A program made the position numbers and the translations under genes. From contig JAZDPX010000033.1 in NCBI GenBank assembly GCA_043797125.1, positions 34,527-98,526 of the forward strand: a DNA stretch of 64,000 nucleotides, given 5' to 3'. This stretch comes from Candidatus Omnitrophota bacterium. GTDB taxonomy: Bacteria > Omnitrophota > Gorgyraeia > JABMRG01 > JAFGKX01. Of the stretch, positions 20,273 through 29,161 are shown piece by piece (positions within the stretch are counted from its first letter, which is position 1; the number at the start of each line of letters is the position of its first letter). The notes below the pieces were generated by a model. That model searched no databases and had not been told where the DNA came from. It was given only the letters and a program-made list of their open reading frames with translations.

Positions 20273-21493
20273 TTACCTCTTTACGCCGGCATTTCTCCAG
20301 CACGCCGGGTCTCCGGCAAAAAATGCGTCCGGATTAAGCCTGGATGGGTCATAGTTGCCTTTTTCGTCAAATGCCGAATCATCGTAGGCCCTGGTGCGGC
20401 AGCCGTAGCAGCGGCCTTCCTTGCTAAGCTGGCAATTCGCGGTTGAACATTTTGAGTTCTCATGCAGCTGAGAATATATATTCCTGAATCTCTTTACCTT
20501 CTCCGACATAACAATATCGGTAAACAAAGTGTCCCTTATGTTTCCCAATGCCCAGAAATCCGGCGCCTCCGAGCAGGGCAGCACAACGCCGTCCGCCCTT
20601 ACATGGACGCCTCCTAAATGCCTTGAGCATGCCTTATTCTCAACCCACGGGCTTTGCGCCTTCCAATGAATGTCAAATTCCTTTCCATCTATATCAGCTA
20701 CCTTTTCAAACAACCTCATAATACTCTCTGAATTCAATGTTCCGCCTGATAATTTTCCGCAAAGCATTACAGATACATTTTTTTTAGCTGTGCCGTGAAC
20801 ATGGACAGGTATGATAAAAGGCCTGAAGTTATGCCTTCTAGACCATCGGAAAACATCACACACATCGTCATAGTTTAAAACAGTAACTACGGTATTAGTT
20901 GAAAGAGGCGGCATATCAGGCCTTCCATACCCTGCCTTTATAAGGTGCGCGAACCCCTGCATCATCTTTTTTGAGCCGCCTTTAATGCCGAGCAACTTAT
21001 CCTGTATGTCTTCATTTAACGAATCTAGTTTGCAGCATAATGAAATACCGTCTTCGGCAAGCCTTTTTGCCTTTTCTTCGTTAATAACAGCTACATCTGT
21101 AAAGCTTACCAGATCAAGAGGCAGGCCTTTCTCTTCAAAAAGAGCCCTTGCATATTCTACCACATGGAAGAAGGCTTCGCCACCTTTACCCTTGAAATCA
21201 GGCGGATTCCAGACTAAAGGCTCCCCGCCCTGCATGTTTATTATCCTTACCCCTAACCCAGCTGCCTGGCTGATAATATCCTTTGCCTCATGCATGGTCA
21301 ATTGATTTGTTCTCTCGGGAGAACCCTCGGCATAACAATAAATACACCGGAAATTGCACTTTTGTGTAACCATGATATCGACCGACAAAAGCACAGCGCC
21401 CTGCGATTTCATACGCTCTATAATATCCCTGCCTAATCCCGCCATTCCCGGATAAAGAGTTATGTTTTCCTTATTTGCTGGTTTTCTCTCCAT
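20273..21493 (-). CDS. Radical SAM protein with SPASM-type Cys-rich C-terminus
   Basis: CNFRCIYC, GGEP, C..ADGVVLPC, LGNI, CSTANC..CYGCR..DPAC. Confidence 0.88.
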   Translation of the reverse strand: MERKPANKENITLYPGMAGLGRDIIERMKSQGAVLLSVDIMVTQKCNFRCIYCYAEGSPERTNQLTMHEAKDIISQAAGLGVRIINMQGGEPLVWNPPDFKGKGGEAFFHVVEYARALFEEKGLPLDLVSFTDVAVINEEKAKRLAEDGISLCCKLDSLNEDIQDKLLGIKGGSKKMMQGFAHLIKAGYGRPDMPPLSTNTVVTVLNYDDVCDVFRWSRRHNFRPFIIPVHVHGTAKKNVSVMLCGKLSGGTLNSESIMRLFEKVADIDGKEFDIHWKAQSPWVENKACSRHLGGVHVRADGVVLPCSEAPDFWALGNIRDTLFTDIVMSEKVKRFRNIYSQLHENSKCSTANCQLSKEGRCYGCRTRAYDDSAFDEKGNYDPSRLNPDAFFAGDPACWRNAGVKR

Positions 21494-21511
21494 TTAAGCC
21501 CTCGCGTATTG

Positions 21512-22387
21512 TTATCCGAACGCAGCTATCAGATATATTCCTATAAATATAATAACCGCGCCGGCAAATCTTACCTTAGCGTACTTTTCTTTTAAAAACA
21601 AAATTCCGTACAAAGAACCAAAAACCACGCTTATCTGCCTTAATGCGATAACATATGCAACCTTTGACATGCGAAACGCATAAAGGATTAATATATAAGA
21701 TAGAAATTCCAGCACCGCGGCTAACGCGATGCTGAATTTATCTTTTTTCGTGATATAAAAATAGTTCCTGCGCCTTTCCTTCATAAATAAAAGATACCCT
21801 AAAAACAAAAAACCCGACAAGGCAAAAAAAAGGTAAAAAAACAAAATAGGGTGCATTAACAGAACTCCCTTTTTATCAACGACAGAATAACATGCCGAAG
21901 AAAAGGCGGTTAACCCCGCGAAAAATACAACCTTTTTATTTATATGCCTAAAAGGATCAAGGATTCCTGAAAAGGATATCTTTTTTTGGTTTATAAGATA
22001 TGCCCCCAACATGACAACTATAATTCCCAATATTGCTATCTTTGACGGGACCTCACCTAATAATATAAATGCCATAAGAAGGACAAATACGGGAGAAGAC
22101 CTTATAATCGGATATGACAAAGACATGTCCGCGCCTTCGTAGGTCTTGCACAGGAATATCTGGTAAAAAAAATGAGTGCATGCGGAAACTATTACAAGCA
22201 CCCAGCCTGCGATGCTGACATCTTTTAGCGGATACAAAAACAGAATAAAACAAAACGCCAGCGTATAAAAAAGGTGTATGTTCAGATAAAATATCACCTT
22301 GTCCTCGCTTTTTTTCAGCAGCATATTCCACAGAGGATGGATAACGCTTGATATAATTACCAGCAAGAAACTAATTTCTGTTATCAT
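21512..22387 (-). CDS. EamA/DMT family transporter
   Basis: About 10 TM helices in two repeats, SLSYPI, LGE, LFLKE. Confidence 0.9.
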   Translation of the reverse strand: MITEISFLLVIISSVIHPLWNMLLKKSEDKVIFYLNIHLFYTLAFCFILFLYPLKDVSIAGWVLVIVSACTHFFYQIFLCKTYEGADMSLSYPIIRSSPVFVLLMAFILLGEVPSKIAILGIIVVMLGAYLINQKKISFSGILDPFRHINKKVVFFAGLTAFSSACYSVVDKKGVLLMHPILFFYLFFALSGFLFLGYLLFMKERRRNYFYITKKDKFSIALAAVLEFLSYILILYAFRMSKVAYVIALRQISVVFGSLYGILFLKEKYAKVRFAGAVIIFIGIYLIAAFG

Positions 22388-23147
22388 GACAACCTATTTT
22401 TTCAATCTCGCTTAATGCCTTTTTATAATCCTCAACAGTGTCTATTTCCCGCCAGCCGCCTTTTACTGTTACGCAGTGAACCGCAATTCCTGAATCCGCC
22501 AGATCCTGAACCATGTCTGTTAAATACGCCTTTTCAAATACCGGAGCCCTCTGAAATGGCTTGCCGTCATAAATAGGCTTTATCTTATTAAAATGGTTTC
22601 TAAAAATAGCCGCTCCCTTTTTTGTGCATTTTATCATGCCGACAAATTCACCGTGAACGGCGTTTTTATCACCAAGGGCCTTGCCGATTTTAAGTACCTT
22701 TTTATCGGAATCCATTATAACATTTTCCGCTTCATCAATCGGGTGGTCTTTTCTGCCTTTATAATAGGCGCGCCAGTCGGTGTCAACCAGAATGGCTATA
22801 TCTTTTTTGCAATTTAACAGCCTTTTCGCGATCTTGGCGTCAAACAATATATCCGAATACGAAGCTATAAACTCATCGTCCATCTCCCGCTGGGCGCAAA
22901 AAAGTGAATGCAGTATATCGTTATGAAGATATCTTTCATTTACATAATATTTGAGCCCCGGATAATCTATCTTTTCTTTTTTATAACCCACTATGACTGA
23001 TATGTCTTTCACGCCGGCGCTCCTGAAAGCCTCAAACTGGGATTGAAGGAGAGTTTTCTTATTAAATTCCAGCAGGCATTTAGGCAGGTCATCGGTTAGC
23101 TCATTCATCCTCTTGCCTCTTCCCGCTGCTATAATAATCGCTTTCAT
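22371..23147 (-). CDS. Phosphocholine/phosphonate cytidylyltransferase (LicC/PntC-like)
   Basis: IIIAAGRGKRM..PKCLL, SYSDI, GEFVG, WREIDT motifs. Confidence 0.88.
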   Translation of the reverse strand: MKAIIIAAGRGKRMNELTDDLPKCLLEFNKKTLLQSQFEAFRSAGVKDISVIVGYKKEKIDYPGLKYYVNERYLHNDILHSLFCAQREMDDEFIASYSDILFDAKIAKRLLNCKKDIAILVDTDWRAYYKGRKDHPIDEAENVIMDSDKKVLKIGKALGDKNAVHGEFVGMIKCTKKGAAIFRNHFNKIKPIYDGKPFQRAPVFEKAYLTDMVQDLADSGIAVHCVTVKGGWREIDTVEDYKKALSEIEKIGCHDNRN

Positions 23148-24637
23148 GCTTTTGTCCGTTCGCTTGCCTCCTGCTTCATGCTGCTAAGCAAAAGAGGTAT
23201 CAGTTTTCTTTTTTTGTTTATATACACAAGCACCGGGATAGATAAAAACGTTATTGACGCGCATCCTATTATATTGCCAAGGTTTGTTTCCGCCGCGGCA
23301 ATTCTTAACGTGGCCTGCAAGCCTGCAACGCACGCAGCAATGTAAGCCGCGGGAATCATCATTCTTAAAATAAATAATACGGCGTTCTTGGGCGTTTCAA
23401 AATGAATCAACGTATGCGCAAGAGAGGCGATAAAAAGAAAAAAAGACGATATTGCGGTGGCGACTGCCACGCCCTCTATGCCGTGGCCTTTGCGTATCAG
23501 GATGTAATTAAGGATAATATTAAGCGCTATCGTTATAAGAACAACTTTTATTATCCACCTCGTTTTATTAACTGCGACAAGGAAAGCGCGAGTCTGGGGG
23601 CATAACGCCCTGAAAAATACATCCAGTAAAATTATCTGCATGGCGATGATGCCGGGAGTAAACTTTGGCAATACAAACCGTACGAAAACCGGTATCGCGA
23701 AATACGCCATCCCAAGCGCGACAGGCAGTATGCACGAATTTACTTCTGTGGGAACCACTATATATTTTTTCGCGTCCTGGACGTTTTCCCGGCTTCCGTA
23801 CGCCTCCAGCATGCGCGGCTTTACCACCGAGGCTATGGCCGATATCTCATCCATGCTTGTTCTCGCCATAATGCCCAAACTGTAATACCCGGCAAAGGTT
23901 ACACCTATCATTTTCGCTATCATAATCCTGTCCGTTGACCAGAGTATCGTATCAACAATACCGATGCCCATCAATGGCAGGCCAAGCTTCACTAACTCCT
24001 TTGTCCTGTTTAAAGAGAACAGAAAACGCGCTTTATATTTTGTATTGCTGTATATATAAATAATATTAACCAGCGAAAGCGTTATAGTCGCCGCATAGAG
24101 GCCGTTAAGCTTAAACATCCTTACCGCCGTAAAAACCAGAAATATGTTAGCAGCCACGACCACAAACATGGATCTGCTAAGAAGAGAGAAATTTTTGAAC
24201 ACCTTCAACAGGAGCATATAAAACATCTCGACCCGCTGAAATATCACATAAACGGAAAGGGCAACCAGGCCTATGATAAACTCGCGCGGGACGCTGTTTC
24301 TTAACAAGAATACCGAAACAAGAACTGGCAGGCTGATTGCAAGAGAAGTTAAAAACATAAAGGTAAAAGTCGTGTTTTTAATTTCATCAACAGCTTTCGG
24401 GTCTTTTTTACCGACCAAAAAAGGTATTTTATACATTGCCGCCCTGCTAACGCCCAAAAGCGTGTATCCGCAATATTCCAGCGCTACTTTAAACAGGCTC
24501 CATATGCCCGTAAGGTACGGGCCCAGAAACCTGCGCGTGACTATCGCTATCAGCACTTCGACCGCGTTAGAAATATATGTGGCAATAGTTATGCTTGTAA
24601 CATCTCTGAAAACCTGTCTTTTAGCCGAATCGCTCAT
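23144..24637 (-). CDS. wzx: Polysaccharide flippase (Wzx/MOP superfamily)
   Basis: About 14 TMs, RFLGP..G, GLPL, DRIMI..G..G.Y, GIEGVAVAT. Confidence 0.85.
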   Translation of the reverse strand: MSDSAKRQVFRDVTSITIATYISNAVEVLIAIVTRRFLGPYLTGIWSLFKVALEYCGYTLLGVSRAAMYKIPFLVGKKDPKAVDEIKNTTFTFMFLTSLAISLPVLVSVFLLRNSVPREFIIGLVALSVYVIFQRVEMFYMLLLKVFKNFSLLSRSMFVVVAANIFLVFTAVRMFKLNGLYAATITLSLVNIIYIYSNTKYKARFLFSLNRTKELVKLGLPLMGIGIVDTILWSTDRIMIAKMIGVTFAGYYSLGIMARTSMDEISAIASVVKPRMLEAYGSRENVQDAKKYIVVPTEVNSCILPVALGMAYFAIPVFVRFVLPKFTPGIIAMQIILLDVFFRALCPQTRAFLVAVNKTRWIIKVVLITIALNIILNYILIRKGHGIEGVAVATAISSFFLFIASLAHTLIHFETPKNAVLFILRMMIPAAYIAACVAGLQATLRIAAAETNLGNIIGCASITFLSIPVLVYINKKRKLIPLLLSSMKQEASERTKA

Positions 24638-24647
24638 CTATAACCTA

Positions 24648-25460
24648 TTATTGCATAATAAAAAAACTGTCAAGCCTGACATCTATGCCAGCCTCGCTCA
24701 TACGCTTTTTTGCTTTCCGCGTGCTTTGCTCTCTGTAATGGAATATATTCGCCGCCGCCGCGGCAGAAGCGTTGCCTTGTATAATACATTTAGAGAAATC
24801 ATCCCAGTCCCCTGCGCCGCCGCAAGCTATAAGCGGGATCGAAATATTATCCGCGACAGACCTTATAAGATCTATATCGTATCCGCTCATGGTCCCATTT
24901 CTGTCTATGGAGTTAAGCAAAATCTCACCGGCGCCCAGATCCTGCGCTTGTTTTGCCCATTCCGCCGGGTCAAGACCGGCAGAGACCTTTCCCTTTTCGA
25001 TAAATACCTCATATTTACCGGATGGATTTAATTTCGCGTCGATAGAGACTACCACGCACTGGCTGCCGAATATCTTTGACGCCTCTTTGATAAGCTGCGG
25101 GGTTTTCACCGCGGCTGTGTTAATGCAGACCTTATCCGCCCCGCGCTTTAACCTTAAGCGTATATCCTCAACGCTTTTGATGTTTCCGCCTACAGCCAAA
25201 GGCACAAAGCATGACTTGGATAAATAAGTGATTATGCCCGGCAGCGTATCCGGGTTCTCGTGCCTGTAGTCTTTTCTTGCAAAATCATATACGCTATCGG
25301 TGCTAAGGTCCAATAAGATGATTTCATCAACAGCCCATGTATTAAACTGCTCTATCGAGGTAATGGGGTTGCCTATTATCTGGTAGTTGGCAAAGTTTCT
25401 TGTTTTGACCAGGTGTCCCTGCCATAACAGAAGGCACACAATAAGCCTTTTTTTAAGCAT
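24648..25460 (-). CDS. HisF-like cyclase subunit of glycan amidotransferase (WbuZ-like)
   Basis: KRLIVCL, VDE, VPLAVGG, GADKV.INT, GAGEILLNSIDRNGT, IACGGAG; lies in a glycan locus next to WbuX. Confidence 0.88.
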   Translation of the reverse strand: MLKKRLIVCLLLWQGHLVKTRNFANYQIIGNPITSIEQFNTWAVDEIILLDLSTDSVYDFARKDYRHENPDTLPGIITYLSKSCFVPLAVGGNIKSVEDIRLRLKRGADKVCINTAAVKTPQLIKEASKIFGSQCVVVSIDAKLNPSGKYEVFIEKGKVSAGLDPAEWAKQAQDLGAGEILLNSIDRNGTMSGYDIDLIRSVADNISIPLIACGGAGDWDDFSKCIIQGNASAAAAANIFHYREQSTRKAKKRMSEAGIDVRLDSFFIMQ

Positions 25461-25472
25461 GCGTACGCCCCT

Positions 25473-26099
25473 TTAATTCTGCTCGCATTCGATAAAATTT
25501 TTTATAAGCCGTAATCCCGCCTGCTGGCTTTTTTCCGGATGAAACTGGGTAGCAAAAATATTGCCCTTCTGAACGCTGGAAACAAACTTAACGCCGTAAA
25601 AACATTCGGAACTCACCACATCATCGGGCTCGCAAACGCAGCAATAGCTGTGAACAAAATAAAACGTGGGCTTATCCGGCATATTACGAAACAACGGCTG
25701 CGGCTTTTTCGGCGTTACCACATTCCAGCCGATATGCGGTATCCGTAAATCTGCAACGTTCTCACCCAGCTTTTTAACGGTGGCATTAATCCAGCCCAGC
25801 CCGTTATGTATTCCGTTTTCATGACTTTCTCTGCAAATCAACTGCATTCCTAAACAAATACCTAAAAACGGAACTCCGTTTTTCAAAACCTGCTTATTCA
25901 AAATATCTGCCAAGCCTAATTTTTTAAGATTATTGATTCCTTCTTCAAAGGCCCCTACTCCGGGTAAAATTATGCGTAAGGCCTTACTAAGGGCCTTTGG
26001 ATTATCCGCTGTATACGCGTCAAACCCGAGCGCCTTGACGGCGTTAACCACAGACTGAATATTGCCCATATTATAATCAATTACCGCGACGCTTTGCAT
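25473..26099 (-). CDS. HisH-like glutamine amidotransferase (WbuY-like)
   Basis: PGVGAF, LGICLGMQ, PHIGWN, YFVHSY, QFHPEKS catalytic motifs. Confidence 0.9.
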   Translation of the reverse strand: MQSVAVIDYNMGNIQSVVNAVKALGFDAYTADNPKALSKALRIILPGVGAFEEGINNLKKLGLADILNKQVLKNGVPFLGICLGMQLICRESHENGIHNGLGWINATVKKLGENVADLRIPHIGWNVVTPKKPQPLFRNMPDKPTFYFVHSYCCVCEPDDVVSSECFYGVKFVSSVQKGNIFATQFHPEKSQQAGLRLIKNFIECEQN

Positions 26100-26116
26100 A
26101 ATACGGCCTGTTCACG

Positions 26117-27337
26117 CTACATAAGGACATAATCGCCCTCAAACTTGTCTTTTTCTGACGTAAGGATATAATGCTTATTTTCCTGTATCGGCAACCGGAC
26201 GTTTTCAACGCCGGGATCGTTTTTATGATTTTTGACATGGTCCTGCAAAACCCACTCGCCCCGGCTGTTTTTCTTCCATGCCAGGGGGTCGCGCATGTTT
26301 TCCACGCTATTTACAAATTCTTCCTCTGTAATCTCAAGATATCTTAAAATATTATCGAGATCTTTGGGCCTTTGCCCGTCGTATTTTTCCACCATGGCAA
26401 TGCCTTCCTCTCTGGTCATGCGCCTCTGTCTTATATCCAAAGAGGCGTGGTCGGTCGCTCTTCCGTAGCCGAATTTTAACCACCTTAAATAATCATGGGC
26501 GCCGCCGCAATGGTAACACTCAACATTCTCATATGTATTATAGGTGAGCGATTCGCATGCTGTAATAAATCCATATTTTTCAATCATCAACTCCGTCTGC
26601 TTTTTTGCATTCCAATTTAAAAAATTCCCTATATACAGGCCCCTTATATTTAATTCCTCCAACTCTTCCTCGGAAGGATAAATAGCCCACCTTAAATCGT
26701 CCGCCGTTATACCCTCCTTCTCATCTATTAAATCCTGGTAATCATACCCCCTCATCCCATGCTCTGTTCTGAATTTGCGTGTCATCTCAGCCATATCATG
26801 GTGGGAATACATTCCGCCCAGAAGCAAATGGCCTAGCTCTCCCCAAATCATAAGCGGCACCTTATACTTAACCGCCATTTGAACCGGAAAGGTATATACC
26901 CCGCAATGACAATGCCAGCAAAAATCTCCCATTTTTCTTAAGGCGACTCTCGCAAGCTTTTTAATTATCTTAGGGTTAGGAGTAAATCTTATGTGGTCTA
27001 CGCCGAATTTTTTAACCATATTTGTCAGGTTTTGCATGCCATGCCAAGTGTTAAATTGATGATTAAATGTAACCAAAAGAGGCCTTAAGCCATAGACTTC
27101 CTTAATAATATGTGTCTGAAAATGGCTATCTTTTCCGCCGCTGACTGGGATAATGCAGTCATATTCGCCCTTACCTTTATAAGACATTAATATATCCCGA
27201 AGCTGTTTTTCTTTCTCTTTCCAATTTATCTTATATCTTTCCTCGTCAACCCTGCAACCGCTGCAAACGCCCCTTTCGTCAAAAGTCAATTTTACCGCTG
27301 AACTTTCAGGGTACACACACCTTGTACAATACCTCAT
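26117..27337 (-). CDS. N-acetyl sugar amidotransferase (WbuX/PseA/PtmG family)
   Basis: YCTRC..CSGC, PP-loop SGGKDS, WGE, KFGYGRATD. Start MRYC follows GGAGG. Confidence 0.92.
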   Translation of the reverse strand: MRYCTRCVYPESSAVKLTFDERGVCSGCRVDEERYKINWKEKEKQLRDILMSYKGKGEYDCIIPVSGGKDSHFQTHIIKEVYGLRPLLVTFNHQFNTWHGMQNLTNMVKKFGVDHIRFTPNPKIIKKLARVALRKMGDFCWHCHCGVYTFPVQMAVKYKVPLMIWGELGHLLLGGMYSHHDMAEMTRKFRTEHGMRGYDYQDLIDEKEGITADDLRWAIYPSEEELEELNIRGLYIGNFLNWNAKKQTELMIEKYGFITACESLTYNTYENVECYHCGGAHDYLRWLKFGYGRATDHASLDIRQRRMTREEGIAMVEKYDGQRPKDLDNILRYLEITEEEFVNSVENMRDPLAWKKNSRGEWVLQDHVKNHKNDPGVENVRLPIQENKHYILTSEKDKFEGDYVLM

Positions 27338-27351
27338 AAAACCCCCTCCTG

Positions 27352-29157
27352 TTATGCTTTGCTTATGGAGAATAATTTCTCGGCCCAAATGTCGGCCCAT
27401 TTTTCGTCCGCTTGCCCATATTTGTCAAGAAACGCGCGGCGGGCCTTTTGTATATCAGCGCCCTGCCACCACTGTCCGGCCTTATCATATATCTCGTTTA
27501 ACTTTAAGGCGGCGGACTTGGGGTCCTGATAAAGCACGCCCGCTTTTTCAAGCATATCAAAATACGCCTTTGCCTTATTCTTAATCCGCCAGGAATTAAA
27601 ATCTATGTAAGATATTAAAGGCACATTCATGGCCAATGCTTCGACAAAAGTCGTAACCGGATAATCTACGATTACAACTTTGGCTTTTCTGATCCAATCA
27701 ACGGCCTTTTTATCTTGCGCCCATTTTATAAAAGGAGCTCTGCTTGCGATAAATTCCTTTATGTTTCTTCCGAAATCTTCTTTAAGCGGCCTATAATAGA
27801 ATTTATCCGATAAAGCAGGCGATATGTTTTCTAAAAACAGGGCCTGGTTTTGGAAATAGGAATTTATTTCTTCCGGGCCGGGATTGCTGCCTATCCTGTG
27901 CGGATACCTTGAGAAGTTAGCGGCTATAAACACCGCGAGATCTTCTTCTTTGCCCTTCAGGCTCAAGGCCTTATCCTTTATTTTAGAAAGGTGCGGGCTT
28001 GGGGCTGGTATTATCTTGCAGGGATATTCCGTATCGTCCCAGCCCCAGCTGAAAAATAAATCTTTGTTACGCAACTCAAAAAGAGCCGTGGGCTGATAAA
28101 GACATGAGCCGTGGTCTCCTCCGTGCTGAACGCCGGCTAATTTGGCGCCTCTTTCTTTCATTTCGGCGGCGTAAATCTTAAAGACATCGTTTAGATACCA
28201 GCCGACGGCTGATATTATGATTTTGGGCACGGGCCTTTTAATGGCAATTGCGCGCTCGCGTATAGACGCGTACCCCTCAAGGCAGTATCTTGGCACGGAA
28301 TACGGCAAAAGTTTCTTCAATAAAACGATAAAAGGATCGTCAGCCCTGCTATTTTTAAGCCTTAGTTTTGAACGAAGTTTTTCGTCGTATGGGTATTGCT
28401 CGTCTCCCCAGAACGGAAAAAATGTATTCATGCTGATAACGGACTTAAGCCTTAGCTCCAGAGAAAAAAGATCCACCAGGCTCATATGATACATATCGAC
28501 CATCGCTATTTCACCATAACCGAAGAACAGTTTTCGCAGCTCCAGCGTAGCGCGTTTAACGTGAGTCTTAAACCTATCTACGGCTATGTGATTGCTTCTG
28601 CTGAGCCTTTTCGCCTTTTCTTTTTTAAAATCTATCCGCTCGTTATCTATGCCTTCGAATAATACTATTTGCGAGATCAGTTGAAGATTGAAATAGTCGT
28701 CCGTTATCTTGTTCGCCATAAAATCAAAGGTGCTTGTCGGAGCAAAAGAATCATCCAAGTCCACCACGTGGGTATAAATCGCGCCTGAGTGCTCGTTTAA
28801 CGTTTTTTGGACCCTTTTATACCTTTCGTGCGCGGCGTTTATGTAATATATAAGCCATGAATTTAATACAACCGACCAATAATCCGCGTTCTTATTAACC
28901 GCATGCACTTCATTTAAGGCTTCTGTAAGGCCGTTAAGTATAACGTCATAGGCGCTTTCGCAATATTTTGCGTTTTCCAGCAAATTAACCGTGGAGTAAT
29001 TTATATCAGAAGGCGGTATTATCCTTTTGCCAGGGCCGTGTTTGTAACCGTTATTAACGCACCATGGCGCCAAAAGAACAATATCCGCAGACTTATCCCA
29101 TATCTCGCTTAAAGCTGTTGTTGCCAAATATTTTCTGGCAGCAGTCACGGTTTTCAT
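27352..29157 (-). CDS. Putative transferase, LIC12162 family
   Basis: YLATTA..W, LLAPWC, EVH..YW, QHGG, SWGW, TTFVEA..NVP, W-W..IQ.AR..F pattern. Confidence 0.75.
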   Translation of the reverse strand: MKTVTAARKYLATTALSEIWDKSADIVLLAPWCVNNGYKHGPGKRIIPPSDINYSTVNLLENAKYCESAYDVILNGLTEALNEVHAVNKNADYWSVVLNSWLIYYINAAHERYKRVQKTLNEHSGAIYTHVVDLDDSFAPTSTFDFMANKITDDYFNLQLISQIVLFEGIDNERIDFKKEKAKRLSRSNHIAVDRFKTHVKRATLELRKLFFGYGEIAMVDMYHMSLVDLFSLELRLKSVISMNTFFPFWGDEQYPYDEKLRSKLRLKNSRADDPFIVLLKKLLPYSVPRYCLEGYASIRERAIAIKRPVPKIIISAVGWYLNDVFKIYAAEMKERGAKLAGVQHGGDHGSCLYQPTALFELRNKDLFFSWGWDDTEYPCKIIPAPSPHLSKIKDKALSLKGKEEDLAVFIAANFSRYPHRIGSNPGPEEINSYFQNQALFLENISPALSDKFYYRPLKEDFGRNIKEFIASRAPFIKWAQDKKAVDWIRKAKVVIVDYPVTTFVEALAMNVPLISYIDFNSWRIKNKAKAYFDMLEKAGVLYQDPKSAALKLNEIYDKAGQWWQGADIQKARRAFLDKYGQADEKWADIWAEKLFSISKA

Positions 29158-29161
29158 AGCT

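Noticed and set aside
24648-26099. hisF/hisH as histidine biosynthesis genes
   Set aside because: They are adjacent to a WbuX-type amidotransferase with no other his genes, which fits the glycan-amidination paralogs.
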